DNA of 64,000 nucleotides from Bdellovibrionota bacterium (lineage in GTDB: Bacteria; Bdellovibrionota_C; UBA2361; JBIKWN01): assembly GCA_044356295.1 (NCBI GenBank), contig JBIKWN010000005.1:7176-71175 (forward strand), given 5' to 3'. How positions within the stretch are numbered: position 1 is the first letter of the stretch; each line of letters begins with the position of its first letter. Positions 47,898 through 56,013 of the stretch are shown in pieces. The position numbers and the translations under genes were made by a program. The notes beneath the pieces were generated by a model that worked only from the letters and a program-made list of their open reading frames with translations, ran no database searches and was not told the DNA's origin.

Positions 47898-48263
47898 ATG
47901 AATAACAATTTGAATATACTGAAAAAAATTGCTACGAAAAGTCTAAAAACTGAAAAAAGTAGAAAAATCCCTGTGTATCTTAAACTTGAGGAAGACGTAG
48001 TAAACTGGTTCAAGAATGAAGGTAAGGGGTATCAAGAAAGAATTAATTCGCTACTTAAGGATTATGTCAGCGAAGTAGTCATGGCAACTACGACAAAAGT
48101 TTCTAATGCACAGAACCTATTCGAAAAATATTATTCACAATGTTTCTGGCATTTGCGAAGAGATATCGTTATTAAAGAAGAGCATATTCCACTGATCATA
48201 GAAGGGCTTAAAAAACATGGTGGACAACAAGGTTATCTAGAGTCACAAATCTTATGCCAGTAA
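47898..48263 (+). CDS. BrnA-antitoxin-like (ribbon-helix-helix, DUF4415-type) domain protein with a 60-aa C-terminal extension
   Basis: KSRKIPVYLKLEEDVVNWFKNEGKGYQERINSLLKDYV matches the BrnA signature (...R-L/I-D-x-D-V-L-x-W-F-K...G-x-G-Y-Q-T-R-I-N-x-x-L-R-x-Y). The start is taken at the ATG at 47898, after an (AT)n tract; the track ORF begins at a TTG at 47856. Confidence 0.55.
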   Translation: MNNNLNILKKIATKSLKTEKSRKIPVYLKLEEDVVNWFKNEGKGYQERINSLLKDYVSEVVMATTTKVSNAQNLFEKYYSQCFWHLRRDIVIKEEHIPLIIEGLKKHGGQQGYLESQILCQ

Positions 48264-48660
48264 CAAAATTTCAAAAAAAATTCTTAAACTTTTGTCACAA
48301 AACCGAAGCCCCGATAGCTATGTTGCAGGGCTGCATGTGGTAAAGATCCAGGATTTACCCCTGAATTAATTCTTGATTGCATAAGCCGAAATGCTCGATT
48401 AACACCCGATATACTCGCTTTAGAAAATCTTACTTCAGCTATAGATCCAAAAAAAATTAAGATGCAATGGATGGAATCTTTTCAAAGAGCTCAATTAGAG
48501 ATTTCTAAATATCCCATTGATTCAATCGGATCACTTTTTCTCGATAAGCAAGGCAATACAGTTCATCGACCGAAAGATTTCTCAAATTTAATAGTTCATA
48601 AAGGTAGTGTAAGGGGTAGCTGGCCCTTTTCTGAGAGCGTGTAGGAGACGCTCACTATCA

Positions 48661-49824
48661 TCAGAGAGATCGAATTAATTTGAAAAATTCTTGGTATGGC
48701 AATATCTCTACATCATTTATTTTTCTTGATCTTTCAGCAGTACAAACACAGATTTTTTTCACTTTTTGGTTAATTAATCTAATAGCATTAAAACCAGCTT
48801 CATAATCAAGTTCAATCGGAGTATCTTTGGATTTTATTTCTACTGCAATCATTTCACCTGAAGGCGTTGTAATTATTAAATCAACTTCTACATCTGCCGC
48901 TGTTCTTAGAAATGAAAGTGAAAGATCTTTACGAAGATAGTGCGAAATTCTTACTACCTCATTGATAACCCATGTTTCAAAATAGTTACCATACTCGAAT
49001 GTTTGAGGGCGAATATCAGTATTGAGGCGTTTTTGAAGTGAACGAAGTACGCCAGTATCAAAAAAGTAAAATTTGGGAGAAGTTTTAAATTTCTTCCTTT
49101 CAGAATGATTCAAAGCAGGAAGGAATCTGCCTAAAAGTGTATCTTCAAGGATTTTAAAATATTCTTTAACCGTTACTGAAGAAAGAAGAACATCGCGGGC
49201 TATGTTAGAAAAATTTATTTGTTCGCCGTTACATTGTGCCGCAACTTCCAGAAATCTAATAAAGCCTCCTATATTTCTTGAAAGAGCTTCAGCTTCGATT
49301 TCTTGTTGAAGATACATTTGAGTATAGGCTCTTAGATTTTCTTTTGCAGAATCTTTATCAGTTAAAATATTTGCTGGAAGTGTTCCAGTAGAAAGAATTT
49401 GATTTAATGTAACTGGCTTTGGTACTTCTAAGAAGGTGAGGGGGAATAATTCAAAGCTCCAAGCCCTACCGCCAAGTAAATTGGCACGCCCTCTTTTTAA
49501 TTTTCTTGCACTTGAACCCGTTAGGATAAACTTTTGAGGAACTCCTTTATCAATTAAATACTGGACTTCATTTAATAGATCTGGAACCCGCTGCGCTTCA
49601 TCAATCAATACATGAGAGATTTTTTCAGATAAGGCCCAAACTTCCTCTCTTAAGCGGTCAGGTTTAGAGACAAACTGGGAATAGGTCTCAGTTTGAAGTA
49701 AATTAATTTCAGCAAGTTCTTCACTTTTAAAAGAATTTCTAATCAACGTAGTTTTTCCAGATTGTCTGGCTCCGAATAGGAAAAAACTGTTAGATTTTGG
49801 TATGTTAAGTTCTCTTTTAAGCAT
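48661..49824 (-). CDS. AAA-family ATPase of the COG1373/DUF4143 type
   Basis: Walker A GARQSGKTTLI near the N-terminus, Walker B LIDEAQRV, and a C-terminal DUF4143-like region. The gene is AT-rich (about 30-35% GC in sampled stretches). Confidence 0.7.
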   Translation of the reverse strand: MLKRELNIPKSNSFFLFGARQSGKTTLIRNSFKSEELAEINLLQTETYSQFVSKPDRLREEVWALSEKISHVLIDEAQRVPDLLNEVQYLIDKGVPQKFILTGSSARKLKRGRANLLGGRAWSFELFPLTFLEVPKPVTLNQILSTGTLPANILTDKDSAKENLRAYTQMYLQQEIEAEALSRNIGGFIRFLEVAAQCNGEQINFSNIARDVLLSSVTVKEYFKILEDTLLGRFLPALNHSERKKFKTSPKFYFFDTGVLRSLQKRLNTDIRPQTFEYGNYFETWVINEVVRISHYLRKDLSLSFLRTAADVEVDLIITTPSGEMIAVEIKSKDTPIELDYEAGFNAIRLINQKVKKICVCTAERSRKINDVEILPYQEFFKLIRSL

Positions 49825-49932
49825 GCTTTAAATATCCGTTGAATAATTAAAGCATACTTTTACTTAAAGACAAATCCCCAATCTAAGATATCAATCAGGT
49901 TGATGCATCAGTGTTTGCATAAGGAACAAACC

Positions 49933-51249
49933 ATGAAAGCTCGAATAGTCATCTGGCTTGGGTACGGTGATGAAGGGAAAGGGTCTTGGGTTGATTACTT
50001 GGTAAGAAAACACCAGGTCACTCAAGTTGTGCGATTCAATGGAGGTGCGCAAGCACTACACCATGTGGTGACGCTCGAGGGGCTTACCCACGGATTCGCA
50101 CAATTTTCCTCTGGTACTTTGGTGCCGGGGGTTAAGACCCTCCTTTCCAAATTCATGTTGATTGAGCCAGAGAGTTTTTTTGCAGAGGCAGAGATGCTTT
50201 CCGCAAAAGGAATCGCTGATGTTGTTGAAAGAGTTATTATCAGTGAGAAATCACCGGTGATCACTCCTTTCAACAGATTACTCAATCGAATCATGGAGCG
50301 CTTTCGTGGAATAGAACGCCATGGAAGTTGCGGATTTGGAATCGGACTTACTCAAGCAGATGTAGAGTCGCTCAAAGATCGAGCACTCTATGTCAAAGAT
50401 CTATCGTCATCTTCGACACTTCGGTCAAAGTTAAATGATCTGTGGAGTTTGAAATTAGATTTTGCTGATCGATTCAGAAATGAATCGACTGAAGATCTGT
50501 TTCATGCACTGCAGAACATTGACATTGAACGATATGTTGAACTGTTCACACGGTTCGCTGAAGCGGTAAACGTTGTCAGCGAAGAGGAATTTCAAAAACT
50601 GCTTCGTGAAAACGAATCAGTCTTTGAAGGTGCACAGGGTGTTATGCTCGACCAAACGTATGGAACATTTCCGTTCTGCACGAGGTCGAATACGACATTC
50701 GAAAATGCATTGATGCTTCTTCGTGAAGCTGGGTGGCAGGGTACTATTGAGAGAATTGGACTTTTGAGGGCGTATGGAACCAGGCACGGTGCTGGTCCAT
50801 TCCCAACAGAAGACTCTTCACTCAACGTAGTACCTTGTCTTAATCAACTCAATGAATGGCAGGGGCAGTTCCGAACAGGATGGTTTGATGCAGTGTTAGC
50901 GCGCTATGCACTTGAATGTGTAGGCGATGTTGATACGTTAGTCATCACCAACTTTGATCGAATTGTTTCAGAACAAACTCTCCAGATCGCAGTTCGATAT
51001 GGCAGAGTGAGTGATAGTCGTTTCTTTCGTGACGGACAGATGATTCCTTTTACGGGGGGTCTTCAAGAACTTGCGGAACGAACGACAATGCTAGCCGAAG
51101 TGGAACCTGACTATCTTGATGGTGGAGTCTATTCGCAAAACGATCCTGATTCGGTAAATCGATATCTGAAGCTCCTTGAAAAGAGTATCGGACGTCGAAT
51201 TAACACTGTGTCATCAAGTATCGATTGCAAAAAGATAGAGTTCGATTGA
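49933..51249 (+). CDS. Divergent adenylosuccinate synthetase (PurA)-family protein
   Basis: P-loop GYGDEGKGS (canonical QWGDEGKGK); [14 protein letters not shown] against PurA [39 protein letters not shown] against [41 protein letters not shown] against [23 protein letters not shown] against RRTGWLD. GC is about 50% in sampled stretches, against about 40% for the neighbouring genes. The start is taken at 49933 (AAGGAA ribosome-binding site 7 nt upstream). Confidence 0.65.
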   Translation: [438 protein letters not shown]

Positions 51250-51462
51250 TGAGATCAATTTGGCTTTATTCTTTGTATTCTTCATCAAAAAGGGAGGGGT
51301 TCTTAGCGACGGTTCTTCATTTGAGTTTATGGGATGCACTCGAGATTACTGCAAAGGTTTAAAAGTCAAAGCAGCTCTCAAAGCATCCCCTACCTTTCAG
51401 GGGACGCTCACCATAACTTATTAAAATTTCATCACCGCGGTCTGGTAGGAGTTTAACTATTA

Positions 51463-51549
51463 TTTTTTTTTGTAACGCGAAGGACACGAAGTACGCGAAG
51501 GAATTAATTTAATCCTTCGCGTACTTCGCGACCTTCGCGTTACAAAAAA
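51463..51549. repeat. About 85-bp palindromic repeat element, copy 2
   Basis: TTTTTTTTT-gtaacgcgaaggacacgaagtacgcgaaggaattaa-ttt-aatccttcgcgtacttcgcgaccttcgcgttac-AAAAAA. It carries the same two left-arm mismatches as copy 3. Confidence 0.9.
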
Positions 51550-51605
51550 TATCTTCAATTACTTTCTACCGAGCAATAGTGACCTTTAGGGGACAGTGAC
51601 CTTTA

Positions 51606-51696
51606 GGGGACGCTCACCTTTATAAGCCACTGTAATCACTTGGTAGGAATAAATTATCTCTAAAGATTTCAAACAGTTATAAAGGTGAGCGTCCCC
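51606..51696. repeat. Inverted pair of the 20-bp motif GGGGACGCTCACCTTTATAA separated by 51 bp
   Basis: ggggacgctcacctttataa at 51606-51625 and its exact reverse complement ttataaaggtgagcgtcccc at 51677-51696. A tandem partial copy (gtgacctttaggggaca) lies immediately upstream, at 51579-51595. Confidence 0.85.
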
Positions 51697-51706
51697 AAGA
51701 TTCTGA

Positions 51707-51734
51707 TTAACTTTTTGGGCTAAGTAGTCGATCT
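51707..51734 (+). promoter_or_regulatory. Candidate sigma-28 (FliA)-type promoter for the flagellin gene
   Basis: TTAACTTTT-N11-GTCGATCT against the consensus TAAAGTTT-N11-GCCGATAA. It lies about 95 nt upstream of the flagellin ATG and immediately after the inverted-repeat element. Confidence 0.35.
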
Positions 51735-51828
51735 TACGTGTGATGAGAACCCTTTAAGGGGGATCTTGCGCCTGTGGCGTATTTAAAGAGTGTGTGTGTA
51801 AAAAATGCAAAAGGAATTGCAAACATAA

Positions 51829-53685
51829 ATGCCAATCACGATCGCTAGCAACATAGCGTCGCTTGGTGCGCAACGACAACTTGGAAAAGTTTCCGAGTCG
51901 TTAGGTAGTACCTACGAGAGGCTCTCATCAGGAATGAGAATTAATAAAGCATCAGATGATGCTGCAGGGCTCGCAATTGCTTTAAGTCTGAATTCAGATA
52001 CAAGAGTATTTACTCAAGCGGTAAGAAACTTAAATGATGGTATATCGTATCTATCAATCGCTTCTGGAGCACTTGATGCCCTTTCAACTATAGTCATTAG
52101 GCAGAAAGAATTAGCAGAGCAATCTGCAAATGGAACTGTTGGCCTCACGCAACGAAAAAGTATTCAACAAGAGTCAGATGCATTAACAAGAGAATATGCT
52201 CGTATTACTGCAACTGCTACGTTTAATAATCGAAAAATATACGAAGATAATTCCAATAACTTACTATCGTTACAAACAGCCTATAGTGCGATTACATATA
52301 ATCTTGGGCAGTCTCTTGCTGATTATCGTGGTGATGGGACTTTCTCGAGTGGGACAACTGTGGATAGTGCTACATTTTTGGGGCAAGTAGTAATTGCGGA
52401 CCTCAATAATGATGGGAAACAAGATATTATACAGGTCAGAGGTACTGGTGGAAATTTAAGGTATCAACTCGGAAATGGTGATGGAACTTTCCAAAGTGTC
52501 ATTCAGCTTAGCACTGGAAATAGTCCAATTTCAGTATTAGTTGATGATTATAATAAAGATGGTTTCAAAGATTTTGCGATAGTAAATTCACAAGGTAATC
52601 TGCGTGTTGCTTTACAAAATAGCAATGGAACTTTTGGAACTTTTGTTACTTATCAAGGTCCACTTGGAGCAAACACCATGCAGTTAACATCTGGTGATTT
52701 TGATGGTGATGGTATTACTGATCTTTTTTATCAACACGGAAGTTTTACAAGTTGGGTCTTAAGAGGAAATAGTGATGGTAGCTTTCAAGCCCCAGTGACT
52801 GCAGCTAGCACCCTTTTTAATAGTACCGTAAAAGTTGCTGATTTTAATAACGATGGAAAATCTGATTTAGTTTCGATTACATCTGGAACACTAAGAACAT
52901 TTACTTCGAATGGTGATGGCACATTCGCAGTAGGCGCAACAATCTTCTCTGGAATTACCGGTTCAGTTACAGCAGATGTAGGTGATTTTAACCGAGATGG
53001 AATTCAAGATATTGTTTATTCAGATACCACATCTGGGAGGGTATATCTTGCCATTGGTAATGCAAATGGAACTTTTCAAGCTTCTATATCATTCACATCT
53101 TCAGGTGCAAACCCAGGCTCCATAACGACTGGGGATTATAATGGAGATGGATTAGCAGACATAAGTTATCTCACAACTGGTTCAACATCGTTAAGTATTC
53201 GTTTAGGTAATGGTGACGGTAGTTTTCGGGCAGAGACATCATCAGCAATAAGTACTAATGGATCATTTGCTTTTGGGGATGTAAATAATGATGGCTCTGT
53301 TGATCTTGTTTCAGTGAGATCCGATTCCAATTCTAGTGCTCTGTATCTGCAAGGCACACGAACAGAATTTCAAGCAGACTATTTATATCTTTTAGACCAA
53401 AAGAGTGCCCGAAATGCCATCGATCAACTTGAAACAATTTTTAATAAAATTTCTCAAGAACGTTCAATAGTCGGTGCTTCTCTTTCTAGAATTTCAGTCG
53501 GTATACAGACGCTGTCGGATGCAGCGCTACAGTATAAAGCTGCTGAATCAAGGATAAGAGATATTGATGTTGCAGAAGAATCATCAGAACTTACGAAACA
53601 ATCAATTCGCCAACAAGTTGCTGCTTCGATTCTTGGACAAGCTAATCAGCAGCCATCTTTGGCGCTTAGCCTCTTACGATCTTAA
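51829..53685 (+). CDS. Flagellin with a seven-repeat FG-GAP (integrin-alpha-like beta-propeller) insertion in the variable central region
   Basis: The N-terminal D0/D1 region MPITIASNIASLGAQRQLGKVSESLGSTYERLSSGMRINKASDDAAGLAIA... and the C-terminal D1/D0 region ...LSRISVGIQTLSDAALQYKAAESRIRDIDVAEESSELTKQSIRQQVAASILGQANQQPSLALSLL are classical flagellin. Between them are seven D-x-N-x-DG-x-x-D repeats (ADLNNDGKQD, DDYNKDGFKD, SGDFDGDGITD, ADFNNDGKSD, GDFNRDGIQD, GDYNGDGLAD, GDVNNDGSVD), each followed by Gly/Thr/Phe-rich strands. Confidence 0.8.
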   Translation: MPITIASNIASLGAQRQLGKVSESLGSTYERLSSGMRINKASDDAAGLAIALSLNSDTRVFTQAVRNLNDGISYLSIASGALDALSTIVIRQKELAEQSANGTVGLTQRKSIQQESDALTREYARITATATFNNRKIYEDNSNNLLSLQTAYSAITYNLGQSLADYRGDGTFSSGTTVDSATFLGQVVIADLNNDGKQDIIQVRGTGGNLRYQLGNGDGTFQSVIQLSTGNSPISVLVDDYNKDGFKDFAIVNSQGNLRVALQNSNGTFGTFVTYQGPLGANTMQLTSGDFDGDGITDLFYQHGSFTSWVLRGNSDGSFQAPVTAASTLFNSTVKVADFNNDGKSDLVSITSGTLRTFTSNGDGTFAVGATIFSGITGSVTADVGDFNRDGIQDIVYSDTTSGRVYLAIGNANGTFQASISFTSSGANPGSITTGDYNGDGLADISYLTTGSTSLSIRLGNGDGSFRAETSSAISTNGSFAFGDVNNDGSVDLVSVRSDSNSSALYLQGTRTEFQADYLYLLDQKSARNAIDQLETIFNKISQERSIVGASLSRISVGIQTLSDAALQYKAAESRIRDIDVAEESSELTKQSIRQQVAASILGQANQQPSLALSLLRS

Positions 53686-53713
53686 GGGGGACGCTCAGAT
53701 TTTATAACTTTTA

Positions 53714-53800
53714 TTTTTTTTTGTAACGCGAAGGACACGAAGTACGCGAAGGAATTAATTTAATCCTTCGCGTACTTCGCGACCTTCACGTTACAAAAAA
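53714..53800. repeat. About 85-bp palindromic repeat element, copy 3
   Basis: TTTTTTTTT-gtaacgcgaaggacacgaagtacgcgaaggaattaa-ttt-aatccttcgcgtacttcgcgaccttcacgttac-AAAAAA, followed by tatcttcaattatttc as in copy 2. Confidence 0.9.
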
Positions 53801-53840
53801 TATCTTCAATTATTTCTAGCATCAATCAGCCAAATATGTT

Positions 53841-55862
53841 TTACCCGGTAAAAGTATAAACAATTTCAAGTGACATCGGATCTAAAAGAGCCCTCATCCA
53901 ATCGGGTTGTTTCTCAATCTGCATATTTAAATAATCGATAGATTCTTTCTTGGCCGGTAGTCCTTTGCGCAATCTATATCTCTGTTCCGCGGCTAACGGC
54001 TTATTACCATCAACCAGTACATTTGACAGAGTTCTTCGAAACTGTGAAACCATGTCACTAGTACACCATGCTTGACCATGTGGTAAAAATATTGAGGCTG
54101 CTGCTGGTTCGAAGCAAGCTTCGGATAATAAAATTTTTAGTTGAGATATTTCAAAAAGATTTAAATGAGATTCCCCCAGTATTGGACCATGTAAGACTCC
54201 TGATTTATGAAATAGATCGTATGTTAGTATTTCGAAAATCTTTTTAATTTTTCTTGGATCTATATTGCTGGATTCATCTGTGTTACGTTGCATAGCAATT
54301 CCTAAAGCTATCACCAGTAATCTACGATGAGCAGAAAGTGTTATCTCACTGTCTTGAATAAGGCGTTTATACCAACTGGTATTATGAAAGAAACACGAGG
54401 GGTCTAGTTTTTCGATAACATTTGAAGATAGATCGCCTAATTGTACATACTTTTCAATCAGCTTGCGTGCATGTCGAAACCCTAAATCTCCTTTACTACG
54501 ATTTACAATTTGATCTGCGGCAAATGGTGAAACGTCAAATAAACTTTGTGCATATTGTAAAGGAGTAGGTGGGTTATCCTTATACTCGACAGCAGACATT
54601 ATAGTTAGTGTACTTACCCGTTGGCCAAGTTCAAGATTTGAATCTGAAGCAATATCTGGTGGAAGAAAACATAGTAAGCTTTCTGAAATATTTTGACTAA
54701 CGACACCAAGTTTAGATATACAAAATTGTGTTGATTGTAGTTTGCCTTGAACAGATATATGGCTTGAGCCAAGCAAGATACTTTCGGCGTGCTTAATAGT
54801 TTTCAAACCAAAAAGTCGAAGTATAATCTCAGTATCTTTGAATCCACAAAATTCCTGGATTTCTTTTCTGAAAAGCGCGCATGCACTTCTTCTTGCCCGA
54901 GAAAGAGCCAGGCGTTTAGGATCTAAATATAATTTCTCACTAGGATTTGGATTAAGTAATACGACCATTTTGTGAGCAAATGGATGAAATGCTACTTGGT
55001 TTAAATACCTTTCGAGACGGCTGGGGCTTAAGCTTTTGTGACCATAGATTATATCTCGTGCTGAACCAAATGTTAATTCAAAGCGAAGTGCAACTTCTCG
55101 AATTGCTGAGGCAAGCTTTGGGGCATTATTACCATTAAAATGTCTATAAACTTCGAATGCAAATTCTTTCCTTAGCTCAACAATATCAGAAGGTAATTGC
55201 GAGGTAGAGTATTTTTTTGGTGATGATGGTTTGGTAGGAAAGGTTTGAGGAATGCTTTGTGAGAAAATTTTAGCAAAGGTGTATCGAGCTTCCTTATCGC
55301 TACTCTCCAGCAGTTGAAGCGATAAATTAGTTTCAAACAGATCAATTACCTCTTCACTTGAACGACTGTTACTTATACGACGACGAACTCTTGAAAGACG
55401 TGATTTATATTGAGTTAGATTTATATTTAAATGAAATGCTCCTTCTTCATCCGAAAAACCAATAATATCTAGAAAAAGAACATTTTGATCGAGCGGGTTA
55501 TGTATCCCAAGTGAGGCTAAAGTTTCACGTACAAGAGCATAATGTTCTCTGTTAAAATCAAAATTAGAAGTAGATGCATGTTTGGAACTAATTGGTTCGA
55601 TTGAATCCGGAGCATCCAACTCGATTGCATGTCGTGTTCTTTTTCTCTTTTCCCCCCTATGTTTATCAATCCCAATACTTTGGAAAGTACGAATCACTAA
55701 ACCAGTTGCTGAGCCACCATCTTTAACTTCATGCCCATTGAGCTTAAGCCACGCTTCACCTAAAGCATCCTCAGCATCTCGTAAGGGTACACCCGCCCTT
55801 ATTAAAGATTGGATACGCTTATTTCCTGAACGGAGTAACTCTTCGGCGATATCTTCTTGCAT
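53841..55862 (-). CDS. Large hypothetical protein (673 aa) with a weak sigma-70 region-2-like N-terminus
   Basis: Long ORF. The N-terminal LIRAGVPLRDAEDALGEAWLKL loosely resembles the ECF-sigma region 2 pattern (AEDLxQExFLK). The remainder is unrecognised. Confidence 0.4.
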   Translation of the reverse strand: MQEDIAEELLRSGNKRIQSLIRAGVPLRDAEDALGEAWLKLNGHEVKDGGSATGLVIRTFQSIGIDKHRGEKRKRTRHAIELDAPDSIEPISSKHASTSNFDFNREHYALVRETLASLGIHNPLDQNVLFLDIIGFSDEEGAFHLNINLTQYKSRLSRVRRRISNSRSSEEVIDLFETNLSLQLLESSDKEARYTFAKIFSQSIPQTFPTKPSSPKKYSTSQLPSDIVELRKEFAFEVYRHFNGNNAPKLASAIREVALRFELTFGSARDIIYGHKSLSPSRLERYLNQVAFHPFAHKMVVLLNPNPSEKLYLDPKRLALSRARRSACALFRKEIQEFCGFKDTEIILRLFGLKTIKHAESILLGSSHISVQGKLQSTQFCISKLGVVSQNISESLLCFLPPDIASDSNLELGQRVSTLTIMSAVEYKDNPPTPLQYAQSLFDVSPFAADQIVNRSKGDLGFRHARKLIEKYVQLGDLSSNVIEKLDPSCFFHNTSWYKRLIQDSEITLSAHRRLLVIALGIAMQRNTDESSNIDPRKIKKIFEILTYDLFHKSGVLHGPILGESHLNLFEISQLKILLSEACFEPAAASIFLPHGQAWCTSDMVSQFRRTLSNVLVDGNKPLAAEQRYRLRKGLPAKKESIDYLNMQIEKQPDWMRALLDPMSLEIVYTFTG

Positions 55863-56013
55863 TCAAAAAACTAAGTAAAAATACGTTAATTGATAGAGAG
55901 ATTTATATCAGAAGAATTATCCTTAACATAAAAAAAGAGAAAAAAATTGATTTATCACCAATTATCTTTGCGCTTTTGCTTGAGTAAGACTCAATGTACT
56001 CTATCTAGAAATC

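Noticed and set aside
51750-51830. Canonical sigma-28 promoter (TAAAGTTT-N11-GCCGATAA) immediately upstream of the flagellin ATG
   Set aside because: There is no good match in the 80 nt before the ATG. The only sigma-28-like match is the weaker TTAACTTTT-N11-GTCGATCT further upstream, which I report as low confidence.
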